NCBI GenBank assembly: GCA_046484055.1
Contig: JAWOBY010000066.1
Coordinates: forward strand, 18,928-82,927
DNA from: Candidatus Woesearchaeota archaeon
Lineage (GTDB): Archaea; Nanobdellota; Nanobdellia; Woesearchaeales; UBA12501
Length of the DNA stretch: 64,000 bases
Direction of reading: 5' to 3'
The stretch's first letter is position 1. Each line of letters starts with the position of its first letter. A model generated the notes under the pieces. The model worked only from the letters and a program-made list of their open reading frames with translations, was not told the origin of the DNA and did not search any database. The position numbers and the translations under genes are program-made. Shown piece after piece: positions 21,591 to 30,892 of this stretch.

Positions 21591-22406
21591 ATGATAGTAA
21601 AGGAGGATTTTTTAAACAGGCTGAGAAGGTATTTCTCGCTGAATCTGTATGAAGTGAAGATTTGGACGGCTCTTCTTAGTAGGGGTGTGTCTACTGCTGG
21701 TGAGTTGTCTGATATTGCTAATGTTCCGAGGAGCAGGAGTTATGATGTTCTTGAGAGCCTCGAGAAGAAAGGGTTCGCAGTTACCAAGATCGGGAAGCCT
21801 ATCAAGTACATTGCTGTACCCCCATCAGAAGTGATCGAGAGGGTCAAGAAGAACATGAAGTCGGATGCTGACGAGAAGGTCAAGAAGCTTGAGGAACTGA
21901 AAGGCACTGATGTCATAGACGAACTCAATACGCTCCACACACAGGGGGTTGATCTCGTCGAGCCTTCAGACCTCAGCGGCTCATTGAGGGGGAGGCATAA
22001 CCTGTACAACCACCTTGAGCTGACCATAAGGAACGCCGAGAACTCTGTCACGATAATGACGACTGCACAGGGGCTCATGAGGAAGATAGAGGGGCTGAAA
22101 CCCACATTCGAGAAGCTAAAGAAGAGGGGAGTGAAGGTGAGGATTGCCGCACCGATAACAAAAGAGGCAGTCTCATCAGTGAAGGATGTGCAGAGCGTGG
22201 CAGAGGTGAGGCACACGAACTCAAAAGCCAGATTCTGCCTGGTTGATGGCAAGGAAGTGATATTCATGGTGCTTGATGACCAGGAGGTCCATCCCACATA
22301 TGATGTCGGAATCTGGGTGAACACCCCGTTCTTTGCGAACGCGCTGGAGAACCTCTATGACCTCGCGTGGAAAAGCATGAAACCCGCTAAGGAGATGGTC
22401 AAGTAG
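21591..22406 (+). CDS. TrmB-family transcriptional regulator (copy A)
   Basis: LNLYEVKIW, wHTH ANVPRSRSYDVLESLEKKG, KPIKY.AVPP, C-terminal effector-like domain. Confidence 0.92.
   Translation: MIVKEDFLNRLRRYFSLNLYEVKIWTALLSRGVSTAGELSDIANVPRSRSYDVLESLEKKGFAVTKIGKPIKYIAVPPSEVIERVKKNMKSDADEKVKKLEELKGTDVIDELNTLHTQGVDLVEPSDLSGSLRGRHNLYNHLELTIRNAENSVTIMTTAQGLMRKIEGLKPTFEKLKKRGVKVRIAAPITKEAVSSVKDVQSVAEVRHTNSKARFCLVDGKEVIFMVLDDQEVHPTYDVGIWVNTPFFANALENLYDLAWKSMKPAKEMVK
21663..21844 (+). repeat. Inverted repeat, left copy: 114-bp (21663-21776) and 59-bp (21786-21844) blocks identical to 29909-30022 and 29841-29899 on the minus strand
   Basis: Base-by-base comparison; the only differences fall in the 9-nt gap (GCAGTTACC vs ATCATAATG). 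Confidence 0.92.
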
Positions 22407-22502
22407 GCGTCCAATAATCCTCTTTTTTCTTATTCTTTTTTTCTCTTCTGAGTCACGGCCTGACAAAAAGCTTTTTAAATCACTTTGACCTTATTGAACA
22501 GC

Positions 22503-24059
22503 ATGACAGAGGAAGACATCAAAAGCATCACAGACAATCTTCACCCTCTTGAGAGGAAAGTGCTGCCACACATCGGGAAAACAAGTTCATTGAAGGAACT
22601 GACTGAGAAGAGCGGCCTCAAGCAGGTGGAGGTGATGAGGGCCCTGCAGTGGCTTGAGAACAAAGGGCTTCTGGAACTGCATTCAAAAAAGAAGACCATC
22701 ATTGAACTCGACAGCAATGGGAAGGAATACACAGAGAAGGGGTTGCCGGAAAAGAGATTTCTCCGCTGTATAAGGGATGGCTGGCTGCAATTTGATGAGA
22801 TACAGGAGAGAGCAGGCCTCAGCAGGGAGGAGTTCAATGTCTGCATAGGCGTGCTGAAAAGGAAAGCAGCCATAGAAGTGAAGGAGAAAAAAGCAGGGAT
22901 CACAGGACAGGGCCTGAAAATTCTGGAGAAAAAAAGCCTTGAGGAGCAGCTTATAGAGAAGATACACAAAACCAAGACCGATCCTGAATCGCTGGAGGAT
23001 GAGGAGAGATTCGCTTACGAAAGCCTCAAGAAGAGGAAAGGGATAATCAAGGAATCCGCTGAAAAGACAGTCCAGGCAAGCCTCACAGAAGAAGGGGAAA
23101 GAGCCAGGAAGTCAGCAGCCAGAGGCAACAGAAAGAAGGATAAAGATGTGGTGGACAGGCTCACTCCAGGAATGATCAGGGATTCTGCATGGAAAAACAA
23201 AAGGTTCAGGAAGTATGATATAACCTCGCCCGTGCCAAGGATACACGGAGGGAAAAGGCATTTCGTCAATCAGGCAATAAGAGACATCAAGAGGGTGTGG
23301 CTGGACATGGGCTTCAGTGAGATGACAGGCCCAATGCTTGACACCTCATTCTGGAATTTTGATGCCTTATTCACAGCCCAGGATCATCCGGTGAGGGAAC
23401 TGCAGGACACATTCTACATAAAGAATCCTGAGATGGGAAAGCTTCCTGACAGTAAAACAGTGAAGAGGGTGAAAAGAGCGCATGAGGATGGAGGGGATAC
23501 GGGCTCAAAAGGATGGGGTTACAAGTGGAGTGAAGAAGAGGCGAAGAGGAATGTTCTCAGGACGCATACCACCGTGCTGAGCGCAAAGACCATCGCAAGG
23601 CTGAAGAGATCCGAACTCCCCGCCAAGTTCTTCTCTGTAGCGAAATGCTTCAGGAATGAAGCGCTGGACTGGACCCACCTTTTCGAGCTGCACCAGATAG
23701 AGGGTATTGTTGTGGATCCTGATGCGAACTTCAGGCACCTCTTGGGGTATCTCAGGGAATTCTTCAGGAAACTGGGCTATGACAAGGTAAGGGTGAGACC
23801 GGCATACTTCCCGTACACAGAACCCTCAGCAGAAGTGGAAGTGTTCCATCCTGTGAAGAAGAGATGGATAGAGCTGGCTGGTGCAGGAATGTTCAGGCCT
23901 GAAGTAGTGAAGCCCCTGATAGGCGAGGAAGTGCCTGTCCTCGCATGGGGGATGGGGCTGGAGAGGAGCATAGCGGAATATTTTAACATAGATGATATAA
24001 GAAATATCTATAACAATGACCTGAAAATGCTCAGGGAGATAAAAATATGGAGGGATTAA
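22503..24059 (+). CDS. pheS: Phenylalanine-tRNA ligase alpha subunit (archaeal type)
   Basis: FWNFDALF..QDHPVRELQDTF, LRTHTT, FRNE..D.THL.E.HQIEG, YFPYTEPS. Confidence 0.97.
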   Translation: MTEEDIKSITDNLHPLERKVLPHIGKTSSLKELTEKSGLKQVEVMRALQWLENKGLLELHSKKKTIIELDSNGKEYTEKGLPEKRFLRCIRDGWLQFDEIQERAGLSREEFNVCIGVLKRKAAIEVKEKKAGITGQGLKILEKKSLEEQLIEKIHKTKTDPESLEDEERFAYESLKKRKGIIKESAEKTVQASLTEEGERARKSAARGNRKKDKDVVDRLTPGMIRDSAWKNKRFRKYDITSPVPRIHGGKRHFVNQAIRDIKRVWLDMGFSEMTGPMLDTSFWNFDALFTAQDHPVRELQDTFYIKNPEMGKLPDSKTVKRVKRAHEDGGDTGSKGWGYKWSEEEAKRNVLRTHTTVLSAKTIARLKRSELPAKFFSVAKCFRNEALDWTHLFELHQIEGIVVDPDANFRHLLGYLREFFRKLGYDKVRVRPAYFPYTEPSAEVEVFHPVKKRWIELAGAGMFRPEVVKPLIGEEVPVLAWGMGLERSIAEYFNIDDIRNIYNNDLKMLREIKIWRD

Positions 24060-24060
24060 T

Positions 24061-24327
24061 ATGCTGGTTTTGGGTGTGACAGGATTCGGACTGCTCTTCA
24101 TCGCTTACGTGCTGAGCCTTTTTGCTGTACTGGATCAGGAATCAGTGGTTTTCAACATCCTCAATTTTGCGGGGGCCGCGCTGATAGCTTATTTCATCTA
24201 CAGCGAGGGCATGGTTTATATAGCCCTTCTCCCCTCAGCATGGGCCATTATTGCAGTGTATTATATGATAGGCCATAAGATACCTCACAAGGGAAAACAC
24301 AACAGCCAGAGACACAACAATCACTGA
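24061..24327 (+). CDS. Small 3-TM membrane protein
   Basis: Hydrophobic ORF between pheS and pheT, with an LN..GA motif. Confidence 0.6.
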   Translation: MLVLGVTGFGLLFIAYVLSLFAVLDQESVVFNILNFAGAALIAYFIYSEGMVYIALLPSAWAIIAVYYMIGHKIPHKGKHNSQRHNNH

Positions 24328-24423
24328 TATAGCAAAGACTATGAAAGATTGTTATGATCATTATAAGAGTATCGAATATTAAAATGTCAATCAGCGGATG
24401 ATCGCAAAGGAGAGCTGAAAAGA

Positions 24424-26079
24424 ATGCCCACAATAACATTGAACAAAAAAGTTTTCGAGAGGCTGGTCGGAAGGAAGATGCCTGCTGGAGAACTGAAGGA
24501 GACCATAAGCTATATAGGCACGGACCTTGAGGGGATTGAAGGCAATGAGATACACGTTGAAGTATTCCCTAACAGGCCGGACATGCTGTCCGAACAGGGG
24601 TTTGCAAGAGCCATCTCATCATTCACTGGCATAAAGAAAGGACTCAGAGGATACAAGGCCAAAAAGTCAGGAGAGAAGGTCATAATAGACAGGTCAGTCT
24701 CTAAAGTCAGGCCTTACACGGCATGCGCGATAGTGAAGAATCTTGATTTTGATGATGAGAAGATAAAAGAGCTGGTGGAGATACAGGAAAAACTCCATAT
24801 GACTTATGGCAGGAAGAGGAAGAAAGCAGCAATAGGCATATATCCTTACGAAAAGATAAAACCCCCCATAAGGTTCATGGCCAGTCCCCCCAAGGAGATA
24901 AGATTCAGGCCCCTTGAATCGGAGAAGGAGATGGACGCAGCTCAGGTGCTGAGAGATACAAGCGCAGGCAGGGAATACGGCGGACTGCTCGAAGGGCTGG
25001 ACAAGTATCCTTTCTTCATCGACTCGAAAGGCAACATACTCTCGATGCCCCCCATAATCAACTCGCACACGACAGGCAAGATCAGCGAGGACACAAAAGA
25101 GGTCTTTATCGAGTGTTCAGGTTTTGATTTCAATGTTCTCAGCGTATGCCTCAACATCATAGTCACTGCACTGGCTGATATGGGAGGGGAGATATATTCG
25201 ATGGAACTCGAGTACTGTGACACCAAGAGAAGGACACCTGACCTGGAACCACGAAGGATAAAAGTGAACCCCCGCTACATCAATAGTCTTCTGGGCCTGA
25301 ATCTGAAGGAGAAAGATATAAAGGACTGCCTCGAAAGGATGGGATACGGATACTCAAAAGGGACTGCGCTGGTCCCCCCCTACCGCGCCGACGTGCTGCA
25401 CCAGGTCGATATCGTTGAGGATATTGGGATCGCTTACGGGTATAAGAATTTCAATGAAGAGATACCCAAAGTGGCCACAACAGCGAGAGAAGACCCCTTC
25501 AATATATTCAAGGGAAGGATAGCTGACCTGCTCACAGGCCTGGGCATGATAGAGACCAGTACATACAATCTGATAGACAAGAAAACCCAGACAAAAGACT
25601 GCGGCCTCGACGTGGAGGTGGTTGAGATAATAGATCCGGTGAGCAGGGACTATAACTCACTGAGATTCTGGATGATTCCGAGCCTCCTCAATGTGCTTAA
25701 GAACAATAAGCATAACGAGTTCCCCCAGCGCATATTTGAGATAGGGAGTGTTTTCAAGCGCAGCGACAAGGAGGAAAGCGGGGTAAGCGAGGCCGCCCGC
25801 CTTGGCGTGCTGCTCTGCGGTTCAAAGGCGGATTTCACTGATATCATGCAGGTAGCTGATTACATAATGAGGATGCTGGGAGCGGAATATGAGGTCATGG
25901 AGACACAATTTCCCCCTTTCATAGAGGGCAGAGCAGGGAGGATTGCCGTCAATGGCAAGAAAGTGGCCTATATAGGCGAAACACATCCTGCTGTGCTTGA
26001 GAGATTTGATATCGAGACACCTGTTGCGGCCCTTGAACTGAACCTGACTGACCTTTTCAAGGTATTAGAGAGCGCATGA
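24424..26079 (+). CDS. pheT: Phenylalanine-tRNA ligase beta subunit
   Basis: PNRPDMLS, QEKLH.TYGR.R, SMPPIINS, PPYRADVLH..D..EDI.IAYGY. Confidence 0.97.
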   Translation: MPTITLNKKVFERLVGRKMPAGELKETISYIGTDLEGIEGNEIHVEVFPNRPDMLSEQGFARAISSFTGIKKGLRGYKAKKSGEKVIIDRSVSKVRPYTACAIVKNLDFDDEKIKELVEIQEKLHMTYGRKRKKAAIGIYPYEKIKPPIRFMASPPKEIRFRPLESEKEMDAAQVLRDTSAGREYGGLLEGLDKYPFFIDSKGNILSMPPIINSHTTGKISEDTKEVFIECSGFDFNVLSVCLNIIVTALADMGGEIYSMELEYCDTKRRTPDLEPRRIKVNPRYINSLLGLNLKEKDIKDCLERMGYGYSKGTALVPPYRADVLHQVDIVEDIGIAYGYKNFNEEIPKVATTAREDPFNIFKGRIADLLTGLGMIETSTYNLIDKKTQTKDCGLDVEVVEIIDPVSRDYNSLRFWMIPSLLNVLKNNKHNEFPQRIFEIGSVFKRSDKEESGVSEAARLGVLLCGSKADFTDIMQVADYIMRMLGAEYEVMETQFPPFIEGRAGRIAVNGKKVAYIGETHPAVLERFDIETPVAALELNLTDLFKVLESA

Positions 26080-26121
26080 AACGTCCACCAAAAAGAATAA
26101 GATCATAAGAATAAGAGACAG

Positions 26122-26658
26122 TCATTCTTTGTTCCGGGCCTTATTTTGCCCTGTCCCTGAACCGCTTTTAGCATTCCCGCTTTCCTTTACGCTCTGTCCG
26201 CTTGCTGGGGCGGCCTTTCCGCTCTTACCTGCACCGCCGCTCTTATCCGCACCGACATTCCCTGATTTTCCGGGTGTTTTTTCAGTGTCAGTGCTGTCCC
26301 CTCCTCCACTCTTGTCACTGCCTGCGGCTTTCGGGGCCCCTTCTTTCCGGGACTGCCCTTTTGTCTTCCTCTTCTTGACAGGCTTCTCGGGCTTGGTCTT
26401 GCTTTTTTTCTTCTCTTCCTTCACTTCTATATTGAGTTTCCTGAACTCTTCCATCACATCATTGTGGGTTGCGTTCTTCTTTATCTTGATAGAATCCTGA
26501 AGGGGTTCCAGATGCCTGATGTTGCATCTTTTCCTCCTGGTCTGGCCGTCTATGGTCACATATCCGTTTTCAGGAGCATCCAATGCAACGCATTTCAGGC
26601 CTGCATCCCTTCCTGCAATCTTTAAGCATAACCTGCCCGGTTCGATCATTTCATTCAC
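26122..26658 (-). CDS. rpl14e: 50S ribosomal protein L14e with long low-complexity C-terminal extension
   Basis: GRLCLKIAGRDAG, RRKRCNIRHLEP. Confidence 0.92.
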   Translation of the reverse strand: MNEMIEPGRLCLKIAGRDAGLKCVALDAPENGYVTIDGQTRRKRCNIRHLEPLQDSIKIKKNATHNDVMEEFRKLNIEVKEEKKKSKTKPEKPVKKRKTKGQSRKEGAPKAAGSDKSGGGDSTDTEKTPGKSGNVGADKSGGAGKSGKAAPASGQSVKESGNAKSGSGTGQNKARNKE

Positions 26659-26659
26659 C

Positions 26660-26965
26660 TTATTGTTTTGGATCCTCTCTGGATTTGTTGATCTGGAATT
26701 CCTGTCTAGAGCCTTTTATGAGTTTCGCCCTTGTGCATTTTGAGCAAAGGACACCCCCGTAAGGCCTTTGGGGCCTTTTATGGCTTTTTGTGAGGTTTTT
26801 CATCTTTTTGGGCCTCTCTCTGGCTGTTCCGCTAAGTTCAGTGCCGCATGAGGCGCATTTGGCCTTTGAAGGCTTCTTTGGCCTGTAGAAAAGCCTTGAT
26901 ATTCCTTTTGGAGCCCTCCTGAATACCCTTCTCAGCGTCCTGGATTTTTGTCTTCCTGTAGGCAT
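26660..26965 (-). CDS. rpl34e: 50S ribosomal protein L34e
   Basis: KCASCG, KRPQRPYGGVLCSKC. Confidence 0.95.
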   Translation of the reverse strand: MPTGRQKSRTLRRVFRRAPKGISRLFYRPKKPSKAKCASCGTELSGTARERPKKMKNLTKSHKRPQRPYGGVLCSKCTRAKLIKGSRQEFQINKSREDPKQ

Positions 26966-27360
26966 TGTTACTCCTGAGGAAACAGGCCTCTTTATAAATG
27001 TTTTGTGAATCCGGATTTTATGAGGCCATTGGAACCCTAAAAATGACCTGGAATGAGGCAGGTACAGATAGCAAAAAGCCCGTTAAAACGAAAATTTTAA
27101 AAATGGGAAACACGGTATTTAAGGTATGAAAAATAACTCTTATGGGCCCATATTTTCAATACCCCCCTTTATCACAATGTCGATGTTCTCAGATGATAAA
27201 TCCATCACCAACTCTGAGCGACCACGGGAACACAGAATGGATGAGCCGGGAAGGGGCACCAATTATATCATAGATATCATGGCTGATGCCATAAACGGCC
27301 AAGGCCCTTTTTTTGTGCCTTGCTGGCCGGTCTCAAATACAACAGGAGTTCTTGCCTAAA

Positions 27361-27861
27361 ATGAAGCTTTCAAATAAACTAATAGATGAGGTCATTGCCG
27401 AACTTGTGGGGGAGGATGCCATACCTCTTGTCAAGGCCCTCAAGAACAGGAAGAATGTTTCTGAATTCAAGCTTGCAGAGAAGCTTGGGCAAGAGATAAA
27501 TGTAGTCAGGAACATGCTCTACAGGCTCTACCACCTCAACCTGGTGTCCTTCGTCAGAAGAAAAGACAGGGTCAAAGGGTGGTATATCTATTACTGGACC
27601 TTCAAGACAAAGATGATAAAATACCTTGCAGAACAGCTCAGGAAGAAGAAACTCGAAAAAACTAAAGAGAAGCTGGAGAGGGAGAAGAACAGCCAGTTCT
27701 TCAACTGCCCTAACAAGTGCATGCGGCTCAGCTTCGATCAGGTGGTGGATTTCCGTTTCAAATGCCCTGAATGCGGCGCGATAATGGAACAGGAAGATCC
27801 GAAGGAGATAGTGGAAAAGCTGAAAAAAGATATAAAGAAGCTTGAGGAAAGCATTAAATGA
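27361..27861 (+). CDS. tfe: Transcription factor E (alpha)
   Basis: wHTH VRNMLYRL, KGWYIYYW, Zn ribbon CPNKC...FKCPECG. Confidence 0.93.
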   Translation: MKLSNKLIDEVIAELVGEDAIPLVKALKNRKNVSEFKLAEKLGQEINVVRNMLYRLYHLNLVSFVRRKDRVKGWYIYYWTFKTKMIKYLAEQLRKKKLEKTKEKLEREKNSQFFNCPNKCMRLSFDQVVDFRFKCPECGAIMEQEDPKEIVEKLKKDIKKLEESIK

Positions 27862-28730
27862 AAAATATCCTTGTGGCATTCCCCCGCTCCGAAGATCTTG
27901 TCAAGAGGATAGCGAGGAAAAAGAAGTGGCCCTGGACCAGTATTGACATACGGAAGTTCCCTGACGGGGAGACGAACCTGCGTTTCAGGAAAGACCCGAA
28001 GGGCAAGGACCTGTACCTGGTGGATTCTTTCGATGAGCCAAATGATGACCTCATCACACTGCTCTTTGCGGCGCGCACCGCAAAAGAGCTTAAGGCAAGG
28101 AAGGTTTTCCTGATATCCCCTTATCTGGGTTATATGAGGCAGGACAAACGGTTCAGGCCGTATGAAGCCGTAAGCAGCAGGATAATGGCGGACTTGCTCA
28201 ACCCCTGCCTTGATGGCATCATGACCATAGACCCCCACCTTCACAGGTACAGCAGCCTGAATGATATATTCTCAATGAGGTCTGAAAAACTGACAGCAGA
28301 CCCTCTGATCGCTGAGTTCGTGAAAAAGAATTACAGCAATCCGGTGGTTGTGGGCCCTGACGAGGAATCGTACCAGTGGGCAAGGAAGGTGGCGGGCCTG
28401 ATAGGCTGTGAAGCCACTGTCCTGAAGAAGAAGAGGTATACTGCAAAGCATGTGTCTATAAAGTTGAGAGAAGGGGTTGATGTCAGGGGCAAAGATGTGA
28501 TCATCATAGATGATATAATAAGCACGGGCCATACAATGGCGGAAACAGTAAAGGATGTGAAAAATGCGGGGGCAAAAAGGGTGTGCTGCATCTGCGTCCA
28601 CGCAATCTTTGCCGGCGGCTCGCATGAAATGCTCAGGAAACTCGGCGCAAGGGTGGTCTCATGCAACACCATCCCCCACAAAACCAACAGGATAGATGTT
28701 TCAGGGCTGATAAGTTCTTCTCTTAAGTAA
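27858..28730 (+). CDS. prs: Ribose-phosphate pyrophosphokinase
   Basis: FPDGE, PYLGYMRQDK, DPH, IIDDIISTGHT. Confidence 0.95.
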   Translation: MKNILVAFPRSEDLVKRIARKKKWPWTSIDIRKFPDGETNLRFRKDPKGKDLYLVDSFDEPNDDLITLLFAARTAKELKARKVFLISPYLGYMRQDKRFRPYEAVSSRIMADLLNPCLDGIMTIDPHLHRYSSLNDIFSMRSEKLTADPLIAEFVKKNYSNPVVVGPDEESYQWARKVAGLIGCEATVLKKKRYTAKHVSIKLREGVDVRGKDVIIIDDIISTGHTMAETVKDVKNAGAKRVCCICVHAIFAGGSHEMLRKLGARVVSCNTIPHKTNRIDVSGLISSSLK

Positions 28731-28857
28731 GACAGACCAAAAACAGGTTAAGCAAGACCATAAAGAAAGGACCATATGATAAAAATCTAAAATAAAGAGA
28801 AGATAATAAAAATTAAACAAAGATAATCTTTATCATTAAACGCAAAAGAAAAATTAT

Positions 28858-29064
28858 CTATTTTTTCATGGACTTCTGGATCTTCTTTTCCTCTTTCTCT
28901 ATGGTTTCCTCTTCTTTGAGCACCTTGTTAACTACCTTCTCAACATGATGGTCTATCCTTGATATCCTCCTCTCAAGGAGCACAAGAATCCTGAGGCTGT
29001 ACACTATAGCTGCTAAAGTGCCTATTATGATGGCCAGAATAACTCCTTCAAGACTTAACGGCAT
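28858..29064 (-). CDS. Small membrane protein with coiled-coil tail
   Basis: TM helix IIIGTLAAIVYSLR followed by a charged helix; SD-like GGAAGGTGA upstream. Confidence 0.65.
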   Translation of the reverse strand: MPLSLEGVILAIIIGTLAAIVYSLRILVLLERRISRIDHHVEKVVNKVLKEEETIEKEEKKIQKSMKK

Positions 29065-29272
29065 TTTATCACCTTCCTTTTTTGTTTGCGGGCCTAAATG
29101 CTTTGCAATGCTTCGGTTTCCTTGAAACCACTCCTAGACCCAAACGAATATGTTGTGTTAACCCCACACAAACCCCTTTAATATAAAAAGCTTTCTTTTT
29201 GAAGCGGCCTCTTGGATTCCTGAAGCATTCAAACAGAGAAATCCGCATCCAACGCCTTCGCTCACAGAGGAC

Positions 29273-30091
29273 TCACACAGAGAGTATCTCTTTTGCATGG
29301 CTGGCCTTCTCCCATTCACTGTCAAAAAGCTTTGTCAATGAGGATGTGAAGAATCCTGTGTTAACCCAGACTCCTGCATCATATGTGGGGTGTACGTCCT
29401 TATCATCCATGAGCATGAAGGTCAGCTCCTTGTCATCCACTATGCAGAACCTGGATTTCACATTCCCGATGTGCTTCACATGGGCAAAATTCTGGAGTTC
29501 TTTGATAAAAGGTTCTGTGTCTTTTGACAATGGCGCAGCTATCCTCACGTTGACCCCCCTGTCAGCGGCTTTCTTGAGGGTTGATTTCATATTCTCATAT
29601 TTTCTCTTCAGGCCTTCAGAGGTTGTCATTATGACAACTGATTTTTCAGCATTCTTTATCATTGATTCCATATGGGTATAGACAGAGGACCTTCCCTTAA
29701 GCGCTCCGCTGAGGTCTGTAGGCTCGACCATGTCCACTCCCTGCTTGTGGAGAGCGTTCAATTCTCCCAGGATCTCGGATGATTTTATGCCCTCGAGCAT
29801 CTTGGCCTGTTCATCAGCATTCTCCTTGACTTTTTTCTTTACCCTCTCGATCACTTCTGATGGGGGTACAGCAATGTACTTGATAGGCTTCCCGATCTTC
29901 ATTATGATGAACCCTTTCTTCTCGAGGCTCTCAAGAACATCATAACTCCTGCTCCTCGGAACATTAGCAATATCAGACAACTCACCAGCAGTAGACACAC
30001 CCCTACTAAGAAGAGCCGTCCATAATTTGCTTTCATATGTGTTGAGGCCAAAATCCTTTAATTTATTCAAAAATTTCTGTTGTATAAGCAT
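29273..30091 (-). CDS. TrmB-family transcriptional regulator (copy B)
   Basis: FGLNTYE; same wHTH as copy A; HPTYD.G.WVNT. Confidence 0.92.
   Translation of the reverse strand: MLIQQKFLNKLKDFGLNTYESKLWTALLSRGVSTAGELSDIANVPRSRSYDVLESLEKKGFIIMKIGKPIKYIAVPPSEVIERVKKKVKENADEQAKMLEGIKSSEILGELNALHKQGVDMVEPTDLSGALKGRSSVYTHMESMIKNAEKSVVIMTTSEGLKRKYENMKSTLKKAADRGVNVRIAAPLSKDTEPFIKELQNFAHVKHIGNVKSRFCIVDDKELTFMLMDDKDVHPTYDAGVWVNTGFFTSSLTKLFDSEWEKASHAKEILSV
29841..30022 (-). repeat. Inverted repeat, right copy of 21663-21844
   Basis: Reverse complement matches the left copy in 114-bp and 59-bp blocks. Confidence 0.92.
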
Positions 30092-30106
30092 TTTATGCAC
30101 CTTTCT

Positions 30107-30134
30107 ACCAAATATTTATAAACTGATATTTGGT
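30107..30134. promoter_or_regulatory. Inverted repeat ACCAAATAT-N10-ATATTTGGT straddling a TATA-like TTTATAAA upstream of trmB copy B
   Basis: Read directly from the sequence. Confidence 0.45.
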
Positions 30135-30348
30135 GTGATTTAATAATAATTACAAAGGCTTTACAGCCTAAGAAACCCCTTTTTGGCAGAAGCACACCCA
30201 ATCCTGCCTACTCTTCATAGGATAGGTATACACAACTAATATATAAATATTTCTATTTTTTAGTATTGGGGAGTGATAAATTTTTTATATTCTGCCTTAA
30301 ATTTGCTTACAGCGGCTGTGGGATTAATATTCTGTTAAAACAATCATC

Positions 30349-30575
30349 CAACCCACCATTATTTCATACTCTGATCTTCCACTTTATTCACTTTTTGGGT
30401 CACCCCTTGATTTCATGTGGAGATTGGGGTAATAAAAAAATGTTTTATTAATTATTATTTTATTATTAATTAATTATTATTTTCTATATAGTAAATATAT
30501 AATATAAAAATAATAATAAAAAGAAAATGATTAAATAAATAATAATAGGCCCTTCCAGTGGAAATAATGGGGTCT
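30349..30575. other. Chromosomal replication origin (oriC): ORB elements flanking an AT-rich unwinding element
   Basis: ORB TTCCAGTGGAAATAATGGGG (30553-30572, +); inverted ORB-like CTCCACATGAAATCAAGGGGTG (30401-30422) and AGTATGAAATAATGGTGGGT (30351-30370); nearly pure A/T at about 30430-30548; upstream of cdc6. Confidence 0.85.
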
Positions 30576-30892
30576 GGGTTCTTTAGTTTCATAAAAAACT
30601 CTGTGGGGTCTTTATAGGACAGACATTCGATGGGTATTCTCTTGCTGTTATGATATCACTTATAAAATTATAATAGTTTTTGGCCTTTATTTCAGGATTT
30701 CATTATTCTGACAGCGTATTTCATCATATTTTATCCCGCAGCCCATCCTTCATGCCCTTTTATAATATCTATCAAAAAATATATCTTCCATGACAAAAGC
30801 ATTTATTAAAGAGGGGTCATATGTCTTTAAGACCTTCTTTTCGTATGGAATTTGGGGCAGTGGGATATTTTTTAATTTAAAAAGGTGATTTT

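Noticed and set aside
27126-27359. 77-aa ORF upstream of tfe
   Set aside because: No recognisable motif; it lies in a divergent promoter region and is probably spurious
21663-30022. TrmB repeat pair as a diversity-generating retroelement TR/VR
   Set aside because: Mismatches are confined to one 9-nt gap, are not adenine-specific, and no reverse transcriptase is present in the window
30266-30451. 61-aa ORF within the origin region
   Set aside because: It overlaps ORB elements and AT-rich DNA, so it is not credible as coding
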